A program made the position numbers and the translations under genes. Of a DNA stretch of 64,000 bases, positions 1-9,005 are shown piece after piece. A model generated the notes under the pieces. It had not been told where the DNA came from and searched no databases. It saw only the letters and a program-made list of their open reading frames with translations. The first letter of the stretch is position 1. Each line of letters starts with the position of its first letter. The DNA is from an uncultured Wenzhouxiangella sp. (GTDB lineage: Bacteria; Pseudomonadota; Gammaproteobacteria; Xanthomonadales; Wenzhouxiangellaceae), in NCBI GenBank assembly GCA_913057255.1, contig CAJXNU010000001.1, forward strand, positions 5,974 through 69,973. The letters run 5' to 3'.

Positions 1-758
1 AGCTCTTATCTGAGCAATGGCAAGTGCATCAAGCGGCTGATGGATTGGAGGCGCTGAAAGTTTTGCAAGCCGAGGATATTGACGTGGTCTTGGCCGACAT
101 CATGATGCCAAATATGGATGGCTTGACGCTCTTAGGGCATATCAGGGAATCAATCGACACCAGCCACGTACCATTTTTGCTTTTATCTGCACGTCATGAC
201 ACAGAGACTCGGTTGATGGGCCTGACCTTGGCGGCTGATGACTTTTTAACGAAACCATTCTCACCCGAAGAGCTCAAATTAAAGCTCCGCAATGTGGTGG
301 TGGCACGCGAGCTGTTGCGCTCTGCCATATTAAGAGGTCTTGAACGCGGTACGGAGACGGATGATCAGCCTGCTGATGTCGACGAGGCGATGTCCAACTC
401 AGCTGGGCACTTGAGTCCCAGAGACCATCAGTTCTTAAAAAGACTGGATGACTGGCTTGGCACGCATTGCACCGACCCAGATTGGTCGGTGGCGAGCATG
501 GCGGAGCAGTTGGCTGTCAATGAGCGTACGCTGCAAAGAAAAATTCGGGCACTGACGGGACTCACCCCTGTCCATTTTGTGAACCAGCATCGTTTATCAA
601 GAGCGAAGATTGCTTTGCAAGATCCTGAGCGCACCATTCAAGAAATTGCTTTTGATCTGGGCTTTGGGTCTCAGCAGAGTTTCTCTCGGGCCTTTAAACA
701 GGCATTTTCTCTGACGCCCAGCCAGTGGCGCGAGCAAAAAGCAAAGCCCGAGCGATAA
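1..758 (+). CDS. C-terminal part of a hybrid regulator: receiver domain plus AraC-type HTH (5' end lies outside the window)
   Basis: Frame is open from position 3 (LLSEQWQVHQ...). Receiver motifs DVVLADIMMPNMDG and FLTKPF; AraC HTH SERTLQRK...TIQEIAFDLGF..FSRAFK. Confidence 0.85.
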   Translation, partial: LLSEQWQVHQAADGLEALKVLQAEDIDVVLADIMMPNMDGLTLLGHIRESIDTSHVPFLLLSARHDTETRLMGLTLAADDFLTKPFSPEELKLKLRNVVVARELLRSAILRGLERGTETDDQPADVDEAMSNSAGHLSPRDHQFLKRLDDWLGTHCTDPDWSVASMAEQLAVNERTLQRKIRALTGLTPVHFVNQHRLSRAKIALQDPERTIQEIAFDLGFGSQQSFSRAFKQAFSLTPSQWREQKAKPER

Positions 759-837
759 ATTCTCAGCCCAAGAGGTCTTCATCGCGTTGACCTAAAGTCG
801 GGTAACATGAGCCTTTGGCCCATTCCCAGCAAGAGGT

Positions 838-2268
838 ATGTCACTGATGTTTTGGTTTGTTTCTGTGCGTGATTGCTTTCCACTCTCTCATCGTCGATTA
901 GGCCAGCTATCGGGGATGTGCGCTATGTTCGCGAGTGTACTTTTCGCCTCTCCTGTCTTGGCTGATTTTGAGCAAGGTCGACAAGTGGGCTCAGCCGATC
1001 AATTCGCTGTACTAGCACCCAGAGACAGGATCGCACCGGAAAACCAAATGACTCAAGAGCGCATCGAAACACTGCTGCCTGTTTTGATGCAGGAGGCGGA
1101 TTTGGATGCCTGGGTCGTGATCAATCGCGAGTATGCCGAAGACCCGGTTTATTTTACGTTGGTGCCGCAACCGAGCTTTGCGGCCAGACGGACCACCATG
1201 CTGGTGTTTCATCGAGTGGACAATGAGGCAGGTGAGCCTGAGGTGCGTGCTTTGTCTGTGAATCGTTATCCTCTCGGTGAGCCCTATGAAATTGCCTGGT
1301 CAGGTGGAGATTTGGAGGCGCAATGGGCCGCCTTGGCGGAGCTATTGGTCTCGCTGGATGCTCAGCGAATTGGTATTAACGTCTCCACTCATTGGCCGGT
1401 GGCCGATGGCTTGACCCATGGCTTATATGAGCGTTTGTTGGAGGTATTGTCGGAGTCTGAGCATGGCCGCTTGGTGCCTGCCCAAGATTTGGTCGTGCGC
1501 TGGTTAGAAACTCGAACCGAATCCGAGCTGGAGGTCTATCCCCAAATCGTGGGCATGGCCCGCGGTGTGATCGCTGAAGCTTTTAGTTCGCGTGTCATCA
1601 CGCCTGGAGTGACAACCACCGATGATGTCGCCTGGTATCTCCGCGAGCGCTTTGAGTCCTTGGGTTTGCCCATTTGGTTCATGCCCTATGTCAATGTGCA
1701 GCGCCCCGGCGAGCCGTGCGCCGAAGACCAAGCGTTTTGCGGTGTCTCGGGCACCATCCATCGAGGCGATGTCATTCATACCGATGTGGGTATTTGCTAC
1801 CTCAAGTTGTGTACGGACACTCAAGAGATGGGCTATGTGTTGCGTTTGGGCGAAACCGAAGTGCCTGAGGGCCTAGTCGAAGCGATGGCCGTGGGTAACC
1901 AATGGCAGGACCACCTAACCGGTTCTTTTGAGACGGGTCGAACCGGCAATCAAATTTTGGCCAGAACCATCGAGCGTTCTGAAGCCGATGGCATTGTCTC
2001 ATCAACCTACACGCACCCATTGGGCTTTGTTGGCCACGCGCCGGGGCCGACCATTGGCATGTGGGACAACCAAGGCAATACCCCCGTGCAAGGCGATTGG
2101 CCTCTCTATCCCAATACAGGCTACGCCATTGAGGGCAATATTAAATACCCGGTGCCTGAGTGGGATGATCAGTGGGTCCAAATCAAGCTCGAGCAGGTGG
2201 CGTGGTTTGATGGTGAAGAGGTGATCTACACAGCCGGCCGGCAAACTCAGTGGCACGTGATTGAATGA
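838..2268 (+). CDS. M24 family (Xaa-Pro aminopeptidase-like) metallopeptidase, probably exported; true start may be ATG 916
   Basis: Pita-bread fold metal ligands DVIHTDVG..TDTQ, HPLG..GH, EGN; N-terminal hydrophobic stretch ending VLA-DF. Confidence 0.75.
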   Translation: MSLMFWFVSVRDCFPLSHRRLGQLSGMCAMFASVLFASPVLADFEQGRQVGSADQFAVLAPRDRIAPENQMTQERIETLLPVLMQEADLDAWVVINREYAEDPVYFTLVPQPSFAARRTTMLVFHRVDNEAGEPEVRALSVNRYPLGEPYEIAWSGGDLEAQWAALAELLVSLDAQRIGINVSTHWPVADGLTHGLYERLLEVLSESEHGRLVPAQDLVVRWLETRTESELEVYPQIVGMARGVIAEAFSSRVITPGVTTTDDVAWYLRERFESLGLPIWFMPYVNVQRPGEPCAEDQAFCGVSGTIHRGDVIHTDVGICYLKLCTDTQEMGYVLRLGETEVPEGLVEAMAVGNQWQDHLTGSFETGRTGNQILARTIERSEADGIVSSTYTHPLGFVGHAPGPTIGMWDNQGNTPVQGDWPLYPNTGYAIEGNIKYPVPEWDDQWVQIKLEQVAWFDGEEVIYTAGRQTQWHVIE

Positions 2269-2678
2269 GGTCGACTGAGATGACGCTGATCACACCGACC
2301 TATGCCGCTTTATTGACCATTCTATTTATTGGGCTCAGTGTTCGAACCATTAAGCAAAGGTTCCGCCATCACGTGTCCATTGGCGATGGTGGAAAGCCTG
2401 AACTCGCTCGCGCCATCCGCGCCCATGCAAACTTTGCCGAGTACGTGCCTCTGGCATTGCTGTTAATTTGGATGACTGAGACCCTCGCTTATCCGAGCTG
2501 GGTAATTCATCTACTGGGTGCGACACTGCTGGTGGGTCGATTTTCTCACGCCTATGGCATCATGCAGGTCAAAGAGGATTTGCGGTTTAGACAGTTCGGC
2601 ATGTCGATGACTTTTCTTGTGTTGCTCAGCGCTGCGGTCTTATTGTTGGTCTCTCCGGCGTTGCCTGTGGCTGGTTGA
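2265..2678 (+). CDS. MAPEG family membrane protein
   Basis: R..H.VSIGDGG..L..AIRAHANFAEYVP motif, GR..HAYG, four hydrophobic helices. Confidence 0.85.
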   Translation: MRSTEMTLITPTYAALLTILFIGLSVRTIKQRFRHHVSIGDGGKPELARAIRAHANFAEYVPLALLLIWMTETLAYPSWVIHLLGATLLVGRFSHAYGIMQVKEDLRFRQFGMSMTFLVLLSAAVLLLVSPALPVAG

Positions 2679-3535
2679 TCGTTAACTCGGCTCAGTCGAT
2701 GAAGCAATACATGGTCAATGCCTTTGCCGATCGGTGGACGGGTGGCAACCCGGCGGCTGTGTGTGTATTGAACCAATGGGTGCGAAGTGACGTCATGCAG
2801 GCCATAGCCGCTCAGAACAACCTCTCTGAGACAGCTTTTTTTCTCAGGCCTCAACCCTCTGACCGGCTCGATACGCCGATTCGCCTTCGCTGGTTTACGC
2901 CATCCCATGAGGTCGATTTGTGTGGGCATGCCACCTTGGCCAGCGCCCATGTTTTATTTGAGCATCTCCATTGGCCCGAAGACCAAACCATCGTTTTTGA
3001 GACTCGAAGTGGCCTGTTGTCTGCCACGAAAGACCAGCCATGGATCGCGATCGATTTGCCAGCCAGTGACCCTCAGCGGGTGGTTTCACCAACGACGCTT
3101 CATGATGTGAGTGAGGCTTTGGGGGCAGAGGCCATTGAACTATTCGAGGCAGAGGATTATTTGGCGGTTGTCTCGAGCATTGATCATTTGCAATCACTTG
3201 CGCCCAATTTTTCTCAGCTGGCTTTGTTGGACCGGCGTGGAGTGATTGCGACCGCGCGAACCGATGACCAGGCGAGCGATGATTTTTATAGCCGTTTTTT
3301 TGTGCCAAAGCTCGGTGTGAACGAAGACCCAGTGACCGGTTCCGCGCACTGTCAATTGATTCCTTATTGGACGCGAGTGTTGGGCAAAGACACGCTCAGT
3401 GCTTGGCAGTGCTCCAATCGCGGTGGGCGCGTGTTGGGGGAGTGGATGGGGTCTCACGTTCGTCTTAAAGGACAAGCGATGACGTTTAGTGAAGGTAAGA
3501 TCGTGGCCGATCTGGCACTGGGCGGTCGAGAGTGA
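2675..3535 (+). CDS. PhzF family epimerase/isomerase
   Basis: NAF...GGNPAAV, NLSETAF, EVDLCGHATLA, EDPVTGSAH motifs. Confidence 0.9.
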   Translation: MIVNSAQSMKQYMVNAFADRWTGGNPAAVCVLNQWVRSDVMQAIAAQNNLSETAFFLRPQPSDRLDTPIRLRWFTPSHEVDLCGHATLASAHVLFEHLHWPEDQTIVFETRSGLLSATKDQPWIAIDLPASDPQRVVSPTTLHDVSEALGAEAIELFEAEDYLAVVSSIDHLQSLAPNFSQLALLDRRGVIATARTDDQASDDFYSRFFVPKLGVNEDPVTGSAHCQLIPYWTRVLGKDTLSAWQCSNRGGRVLGEWMGSHVRLKGQAMTFSEGKIVADLALGGRE

Positions 3536-4938
3536 GTGGTTTTCAGGCATGGGTGGTATTGGGCTATTTGGCCCTAGTGTTTGCCGTCGGTGTGTGGGCC
3601 ACTCGGTTTGTGAAAAGCAGCGAAGATTATTTATTGGCGGGGCGTCGCTTAGGCTGGGTCTTGGCCACCGCTGCACTGGCGGCCACGCATTTTGGTGGGG
3701 GCTTTGTGGTTGGCACGGGGGCTTGGGCGTATCAGTATGGCTTAAGTGGCATTGCCTATGCCCTGGGTGTGGGCTTGTCACTGTTGGTGTTGGCTGTTGT
3801 CGCTGCTGGTCGCATGCGACGTCTGGGCTTGGTCACCGTGCCGGATTATCTTGAGCATCGGTACCAATCTAAGGCGGTGAGAGTGCTCGGTGCGGCCTTA
3901 TCTTTATTCGCGATCATTGGCATTTTGGGTGCGCAAGTTTGGGCATCGCAAGGTGCTTTGTCTTTACTGGGTGTTGATCCCACCAAGGCCGCAGTCATCG
4001 CCTCTCTGGCTTTTATTATCTATACCGCCGCTTCGGGTTTGTGGGGCGCCACGCTGACCGATGTTGTCCAGTTGGCGGTAATTTTCATTGGGATTCCGCT
4101 GGTGGCTTTGGGTGGCTTGCAAGCGGCTGGAGGATGGGCTGGCATGGAGGCCACCTTATTGTCCAACGAGCCAGCACTGATTGAAGCGGGCTATTTCAGC
4201 TGGGTGGGAGATCGTGGTGTGCTCTTGGTCGCAGCAATCATACCAACCGTAATGTATACCTTGATTGGACAGGATTTTTATCAGCGCCTGTTTGCCGCCA
4301 AGACCGATCGCATTGCGGTGATTGCAGCAACCATGGCGGGCCTTTTATTGATGGTCTATGCCGCTTTCCCGGCGATCACCGGTCTCTCTGCCAGGGCCTT
4401 ATTTGGTCCTGAGATTGACCCATCGCAGGCCATTGCGACGGTGGTCACCGAAGTCTTGGGTGTGTGGACCGCAGCCGTTGTCTTGGGCGCGATTATCGCC
4501 GCCATTTTATCAACGGCCGATTCTTTGCTGATTGCAGGGACCGCGCATCTCACCCATGACATTGCCAAGAAAGGGCTGGGATGGTCACCGACGGACAAGC
4601 AAATGCTGCTCGCTTCTCGCTTCGCCACGGTGTTGATTGGCTTGAGTGCTTTGGTGATGGCTTTGGGTGTGCAAGCCATTATTGAGTTGTTGCTATTGAG
4701 CTATACCATGTATGCCGCTGGGGTGTTCATACCGGTGGTGTTGGGGCTCTATTGGTCTCGCGGGACAAGCCAGGGCGCGATGGCTGGCATCCTCTTGGGT
4801 GCGGTGGTGAGCGTGTTGGCTGCGATGGATGTATTTGTGGTCGGTCAATGGCCACCGATTGTGGTTGGGGCAGGGGCCTCATTGCTTGCCTATCTGTCGG
4901 TCAGTTTGCTTTGGCCCAATCGGAGGCAGCCGGTATGA
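3532..4938 (+). CDS. Sodium:solute symporter (SSS) family transporter
   Basis: SSEDYLLAGR, QDFYQRLFAAK, AAILSTADS motifs; about 13 hydrophobic segments. Confidence 0.9.
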   Translation: MSGFQAWVVLGYLALVFAVGVWATRFVKSSEDYLLAGRRLGWVLATAALAATHFGGGFVVGTGAWAYQYGLSGIAYALGVGLSLLVLAVVAAGRMRRLGLVTVPDYLEHRYQSKAVRVLGAALSLFAIIGILGAQVWASQGALSLLGVDPTKAAVIASLAFIIYTAASGLWGATLTDVVQLAVIFIGIPLVALGGLQAAGGWAGMEATLLSNEPALIEAGYFSWVGDRGVLLVAAIIPTVMYTLIGQDFYQRLFAAKTDRIAVIAATMAGLLLMVYAAFPAITGLSARALFGPEIDPSQAIATVVTEVLGVWTAAVVLGAIIAAILSTADSLLIAGTAHLTHDIAKKGLGWSPTDKQMLLASRFATVLIGLSALVMALGVQAIIELLLLSYTMYAAGVFIPVVLGLYWSRGTSQGAMAGILLGAVVSVLAAMDVFVVGQWPPIVVGAGASLLAYLSVSLLWPNRRQPV

Positions 4939-5393
4939 GTGATTCGATGCACGAGCAGTGGATGGGTGAGGCCCTGGCTTTGGCCCGAGAGGCCCTCAAA
5001 TATGAAGAGGTGCCGGTGGGCGCGGTGGTGGTGAAAGATGGGGTGGTGATCGGCCGAGGCTTTAATACGGTGATCATGGACCAAGACCCCACCGCACATG
5101 CTGAAATCAAGGCCTTGAGAGCCGCAGCAAGACATGTGGGCAACTATCGCCTGCTGGGGTGTGATCTCTATGTCACCCTCGAGCCTTGCCCCATGTGCGC
5201 TGGTGCGCTCGTGAATGCGCGCCTCAAAACCGTTGTTTTCGGGGCCAGAGACCCCAAAGCCGGTGCGGGAGGCTCGCTGTTCCAAGTGCTAAAAAACCCG
5301 CTTTTGAACCATCAGTGTGATATTTTGGAGGGGATTGGTGCTGAAGAAAGCGTCGACATGCTGAGAAAATTTTTTAAAGCCCGACGCCAATGA
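4935..5393 (+). CDS. tadA: tRNA adenosine(34) deaminase; start reassigned to ATG 4935, overlapping the SSS stop
   Basis: EVPVGAV, DPTAHAE, NYRL, TLEPCPMCAGA, GARDPKAGA, FFKARR. Confidence 0.93.
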   Translation: MSDSMHEQWMGEALALAREALKYEEVPVGAVVVKDGVVIGRGFNTVIMDQDPTAHAEIKALRAAARHVGNYRLLGCDLYVTLEPCPMCAGALVNARLKTVVFGARDPKAGAGGSLFQVLKNPLLNHQCDILEGIGAEESVDMLRKFFKARRQ

Positions 5394-5485
5394 TCGGCTT
5401 TAGTCAGTATGAACTGTCGCCGTTGATGCACCGAGATGGCTTGAACCAAGACCAAAAAGTAGACAACTCAACAGGATGAATCATC

Positions 5486-7624
5486 ATGAGAACCTTTCTT
5501 GTACTTTTGGCAGTGGCTTTTGTGGCAGCGTGTAACGCGCCCCAGCAAGCGCAAGAGAATGTGTCGGAGACCAGCAATCCCTTGCTGGTGGACAGCACCT
5601 TGCCCTACGGCCTTCCGCCATTCGATCAAATCGAAAACGAACACTTTGGGCCAGCGTTCGACGCGGCCATGGCTGAGCATCAGGCAGAAATTGATGCCAT
5701 TGTGAACAATCCAGAGCCGCCAAGCTTTGACAATGTCTATGTGGCATTGGAGCAGGCCGGTCAGCGTCTGTCCTATGTGGCTCGGGTGTTTTATAACTTA
5801 AACGGCACGCACACCAATCCGGACATGCAGGCCACGCAAAGAGAGTATGCGCCCAAGCTCTCAGCCCACAGTGATGCGATTTTACTTAACCCTGATCTTT
5901 TCGCTCGGGTCAAAGCGGTCTATGACGAGCGCGACTCACTCGACATTGATGCAGAATCCAAGCGTTTGATCGAAGAGACCTATAAAGACTTCGTTCGCGC
6001 GGGTGCTCAACTCAGTGATGAGGAAAAAGCGCGACTGAAAGAAATCAATGGCGAATTGGCTCAGCTGGGGACTCAGTTTGGCCAGAAAGTGTTGGCTGAG
6101 GTGAATGATTCAGCGGTGGTGTTTGATGATGTCAGCCAGCTGGCCGGCTTGAGTGAGGCACGCATTGAAGCAGCAGCCGCTGAGGCTAAGGCCAGAGGCT
6201 TGGAAGAGGGTCACTATGTACTGACGCTTCTCAACACCAGTGGCCAGCCCCCGTTGGCTTCTATGACCAATCGAGAGGCGCGCGAGCGTCTGCATCAAGC
6301 TTCCTTGATTCGCGGCAGCCGTGGCAATGAGCATGACACCCGCGAGACCGTCAGTCAGATTGTCAAATTGCGGGCTGAGAGGGCAAACATGCTTGGCTAT
6401 GACACCCATGCCGATTATGTTCTTGAGGTTCAAACCGCAGGCTCTGTGGATCGCATCAACGACCTGCATGCTCAAGTCGGCCCGATTGCTGTGGCCAATG
6501 CCAAGAAAGAAGGTGAAGTGCTGCAGGCCATGATCGATGCCAATGAAGAAGACTTTGATTTGGCTTCGTGGGATTGGGCGTACTACACCGAACAGGTCAG
6601 ACAAGACCGTTTTGACTTTGATGATGCCGAAGTCCGTCCTTACTTTGAAATGAACAATGTCTTGGTCAATGGCGTGTTCTATTCAGCCGAGAAGCTGTTT
6701 GGTATCACGTTCAAAGAGCGCACGGATCTACCGAAGTATCACCCCGATACCCAAATCTGGGAAGTCTTTGATGCCGATGGCTCGCCCATCGGGCTCTTTA
6801 TTACCGACTTCTATGCCCGCTCATCAAAGCGCGGCGGGGCGTGGATGAACTCTTATCAAATCTACTCTGGCATGCTCGGTGGCGCGCCGGTGGTGGGTAA
6901 CCACTTAAACGTCACCAAGCCGCCTGAGGGTGAGCCCACTTTGCTGACTTGGGATGAGGTGGTCACCATGTTCCACGAGTTTGGTCACGCAGTCCATGGT
7001 TTGCTGACCGACGTGTACTACCCAAGCTTCTCTGGCACTTCAGTGCCAAGAGACTTTGTGGAATACCCATCACAAGTCTATGAGATGTGGGCAGATTGGC
7101 CAGAAGTCTTACAAAACTATGCGATTCACTATGAGACCGGTGAGCCCATTCCGCCTGAGCTTCTAGACCGTGTGATGGAAGCGGCTCTGTTCAATGAAGG
7201 GTTTAGAACCAGTGAATATCTGGCCGCCTCAATACTGGATTTTGAGCTCCACCAGCTTCCAGCTGATGAAGTTCCAGGGCCTGAAGAGCTTGCGGACTTT
7301 GAGGCAGAGACTTTGGCCAAATATGGCATGGACTATGCGCCGGTGCCACCTCGCTATCGCCCAACCTACTTTTCGCACAGCATGGGCGGATATTCAGCAG
7401 GCTACTACTCATACTTCTGGGCTGAGGTCTTAGATGCCGACAGTGTCTTGTGGATCAAAGAAAACGGTGGCCTAGACCGTGAAACTGGTGATCACCTGCG
7501 CGCAACCATTTTGTCGACCGGTGGCAGTGAAGACGCGATGGTGCTCTATGAGCGTTTTGCTGGACGCATCCCTGGGATCGAGCCGCTTCTAGAGCGTCGC
7601 GGTCTGGTCGAGGGTGGCGAGTAA
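5486..7624 (+). CDS. dcp: M3A family metallopeptidase (peptidyl-dipeptidase Dcp-like), lipoprotein
   Basis: Lipobox VAAC; KRGGAWM, FHEFGHAVH (HExxH), RDFVEYPSQ, GYSAGYYSYFWAEVLDAD. Confidence 0.88.
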   Translation: MRTFLVLLAVAFVAACNAPQQAQENVSETSNPLLVDSTLPYGLPPFDQIENEHFGPAFDAAMAEHQAEIDAIVNNPEPPSFDNVYVALEQAGQRLSYVARVFYNLNGTHTNPDMQATQREYAPKLSAHSDAILLNPDLFARVKAVYDERDSLDIDAESKRLIEETYKDFVRAGAQLSDEEKARLKEINGELAQLGTQFGQKVLAEVNDSAVVFDDVSQLAGLSEARIEAAAAEAKARGLEEGHYVLTLLNTSGQPPLASMTNREARERLHQASLIRGSRGNEHDTRETVSQIVKLRAERANMLGYDTHADYVLEVQTAGSVDRINDLHAQVGPIAVANAKKEGEVLQAMIDANEEDFDLASWDWAYYTEQVRQDRFDFDDAEVRPYFEMNNVLVNGVFYSAEKLFGITFKERTDLPKYHPDTQIWEVFDADGSPIGLFITDFYARSSKRGGAWMNSYQIYSGMLGGAPVVGNHLNVTKPPEGEPTLLTWDEVVTMFHEFGHAVHGLLTDVYYPSFSGTSVPRDFVEYPSQVYEMWADWPEVLQNYAIHYETGEPIPPELLDRVMEAALFNEGFRTSEYLAASILDFELHQLPADEVPGPEELADFEAETLAKYGMDYAPVPPRYRPTYFSHSMGGYSAGYYSYFWAEVLDADSVLWIKENGGLDRETGDHLRATILSTGGSEDAMVLYERFAGRIPGIEPLLERRGLVEGGE

Positions 7625-7647
7625 GCGTATAATTCGAAGTTGATTGT

Positions 7648-7733
7648 GCCGAGGTGGCGGAATTGGTAGACGCGCTAGGTTTAGGTCCTGGTGTCCATGC
7701 GGCGTGGAGGTTCGAGTCCTCTCCTCGGTACCA
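7648..7733 (+). tRNA. tRNA-Leu (anticodon TAG)
   Basis: Acceptor GCCGAGG/CCTCGGT, D-arm GGAATTGGTAGAC, anticodon arm CTAGG-ttTAGgt-CCTGG, long variable arm, GGTTCGAGTCC, encoded CCA; TATAAT at 7628-7633 upstream. Confidence 0.96.
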
Positions 7734-7766
7734 CATCAATCTCTAACGAACGATTGTTAAATGCTC

Positions 7767-7795
7767 AAGGCCCGCTTTCTACGCGGGCCTTTTTT
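7767..7795 (+). terminator. Rho-independent terminator after tRNA-Leu(TAG)
   Basis: AAGGCCCGC-tttctac-GCGGGCCTT followed by a T run. Confidence 0.85.
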
Positions 7796-7903
7796 ATGCG
7801 CCGGTCTGCCTATTACTTGCGCTGGGAATGGCATACAATATGGCTCCTGCCAAGAATCCATGAGAGTCTCGGCAGGCCTTTCCTAATCTAATTCGAGGTT
7901 GTC

Positions 7904-8611
7904 ATGTTTAAAACAAAGACCGGTTCGACGCTTCTGGCTTCATCGCTGCTGTTATCTGGCTTAGCGGTGGCAGACACGCAAGACTTTCAAGGCTTTTATG
8001 CGCAACTTGGTGCTGGCTATGAGTCCATCAAGCCAGTGCACGCAGAAAGCACGCTGACCATCAACGGCGCGGATATTCCGGTATCCACCACCTCAAAGAG
8101 CGCCGATGGTGCCATCAGCGTCATTTCTGCGGGTTGGTTTCAGGCCCTGAATAACCGCTATCTGTTGGGGGTTGGTATTGATTTTGCGCCTTTCCATGGC
8201 CCAAGTGGCACCATGGCTGTTTCTACCCAAGGCGCGCTGCCCAATCAAAATAATCTGGTCAACGATTACGGGTATAAGAAAAAGAGCAGCTACAACATCT
8301 ATGTTGCTCCGGCCATTGTGGTGGGTGATGCTGGCTTGGCATACGCCAAACTGGGATACGCCAGCACGAAAGTCACCAAATATGATTCCGTCGATTACAA
8401 CTTTGGTGATCTGTCAGTGGGTTTGGGTTATCGCCAAAACTTCGACGGTGGCTGGTATGGGTTTGCAGAAATCAACTATGCAGACCATGGCAATCAAACA
8501 GAAACAGAAACCTCGTTGAACCCAGCGGCTCAGGGACGAACCTTGACGGCCACTGCAACCAATGCGTTAGAGACATTTAACTTGGTCGCTGGCATTGGCG
8601 TGAAGTTCTAA
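7904..8611 (+). CDS. Outer-membrane beta-barrel protein (small, OmpA-TM/porin-like)
   Basis: Sec signal peptide, FQGFYAQLGAGYE first strand, alternating aromatic/Gly strands, C-terminal Phe (GIGVKF). Confidence 0.8.
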   Translation: MFKTKTGSTLLASSLLLSGLAVADTQDFQGFYAQLGAGYESIKPVHAESTLTINGADIPVSTTSKSADGAISVISAGWFQALNNRYLLGVGIDFAPFHGPSGTMAVSTQGALPNQNNLVNDYGYKKKSSYNIYVAPAIVVGDAGLAYAKLGYASTKVTKYDSVDYNFGDLSVGLGYRQNFDGGWYGFAEINYADHGNQTETETSLNPAAQGRTLTATATNALETFNLVAGIGVKF

Positions 8612-8636
8612 GTCATCTGAATTGATGCGCTGTTTT

Positions 8637-8665
8637 AAAAGCCCAGCCAAGTGCTGGGCTTTTTT
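8637..8665. terminator. Bidirectional terminator between the beta-barrel gene and tRNA-Leu(CAG)
   Basis: AAAA-GCCCAGC-caagt-GCTGGGC-TTTTTT. Confidence 0.85.
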
Positions 8666-8737
8666 ATGGTGGTCTCCCAACAATTCAAGTCACATCATGC
8701 AGCTGGGGATGCATCATTGAGGAAGGGAGAGAAGAGA

Positions 8738-8824
8738 TGGTGCCGAGAAGAGGACTCGAACCTCCACGTCCATACGGACACTAGCACCTGAAGCTAGCGC
8801 GTCTACCAATTCCGCCACCTCGGC
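8738..8824 (-). tRNA. tRNA-Leu (anticodon CAG)
   Basis: Reverse complement GCCGAGGTGGCGGAATTGGTAGACGCGCTAGCTTCAGGTGCTAGTGTCCGTATGGACGTGGAGGTTCGAGTCCTCTTCTCGGCACCA; anticodon arm CTAGC-ttCAGgt-GCTAG. Confidence 0.96.
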
Positions 8825-8836
8825 AGGTGGGCGCTT

Positions 8837-8865
8837 ATTATATCGCCCCCATTAGCCAATGTCAT
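8837..8865 (-). promoter_or_regulatory. sigma70 promoter of tRNA-Leu(CAG)
   Basis: ATGACA-17 bp-TATAAT on the minus strand, just upstream of the tRNA. Confidence 0.8.
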
Positions 8866-8891
8866 CAGGCAATGGTGTGCTTGGTCGGCAT

Positions 8892-8926
8892 AAAAAAAGC
8901 CCGAGAGGGCATTCTCTCGGGCTTTT
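8892..8926 (-). terminator. Rho-independent terminator ending the putative sRNA
   Basis: Minus strand GCCCGAGAG-aatgcc-CTCTCGGGC followed by 7 T. Confidence 0.85.
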
Positions 8927-9000
8927 GGAAGAGGTGCGGCCGAGGCAAGGGGGGAGCCTCGGCCGCGATCCGGGCAAGGAGGGGGAGCCTTACGCCGGAA
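8892..9000 (-). ncRNA. Putative trans-acting sRNA with two C-rich (anti-SD) hairpin loops
   Basis: Own promoter and terminator, no ATG-initiated ORF on that strand; 11-bp perfect stem GCGGCCGAGGC/GCCTCGGCCGC with loop UCCCCCCUU and a second stem with loop UCCCCCUCCUU. Confidence 0.7.
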
Positions 9001-9005
9001 ACCCT

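Noticed and set aside
4752-4934. N-terminal extension of the tadA ORF in the track
   Set aside because: It overlaps the SSS gene in another frame; homology starts at ATG 4935.
7455-7739. 94-aa minus-strand ORF (MMWYRGEDSNLHAAW...)
   Set aside because: It is the antisense translation of tRNA-Leu(TAG) and the end of dcp, a well-known type of spurious ORF.
8665-8700. TGGTGGTCTCCC...AATTC as a possible duplicated tRNA 3' end (att site)
   Set aside because: Only the terminal ACCA matches either tRNA, and there is no integrase in the window.
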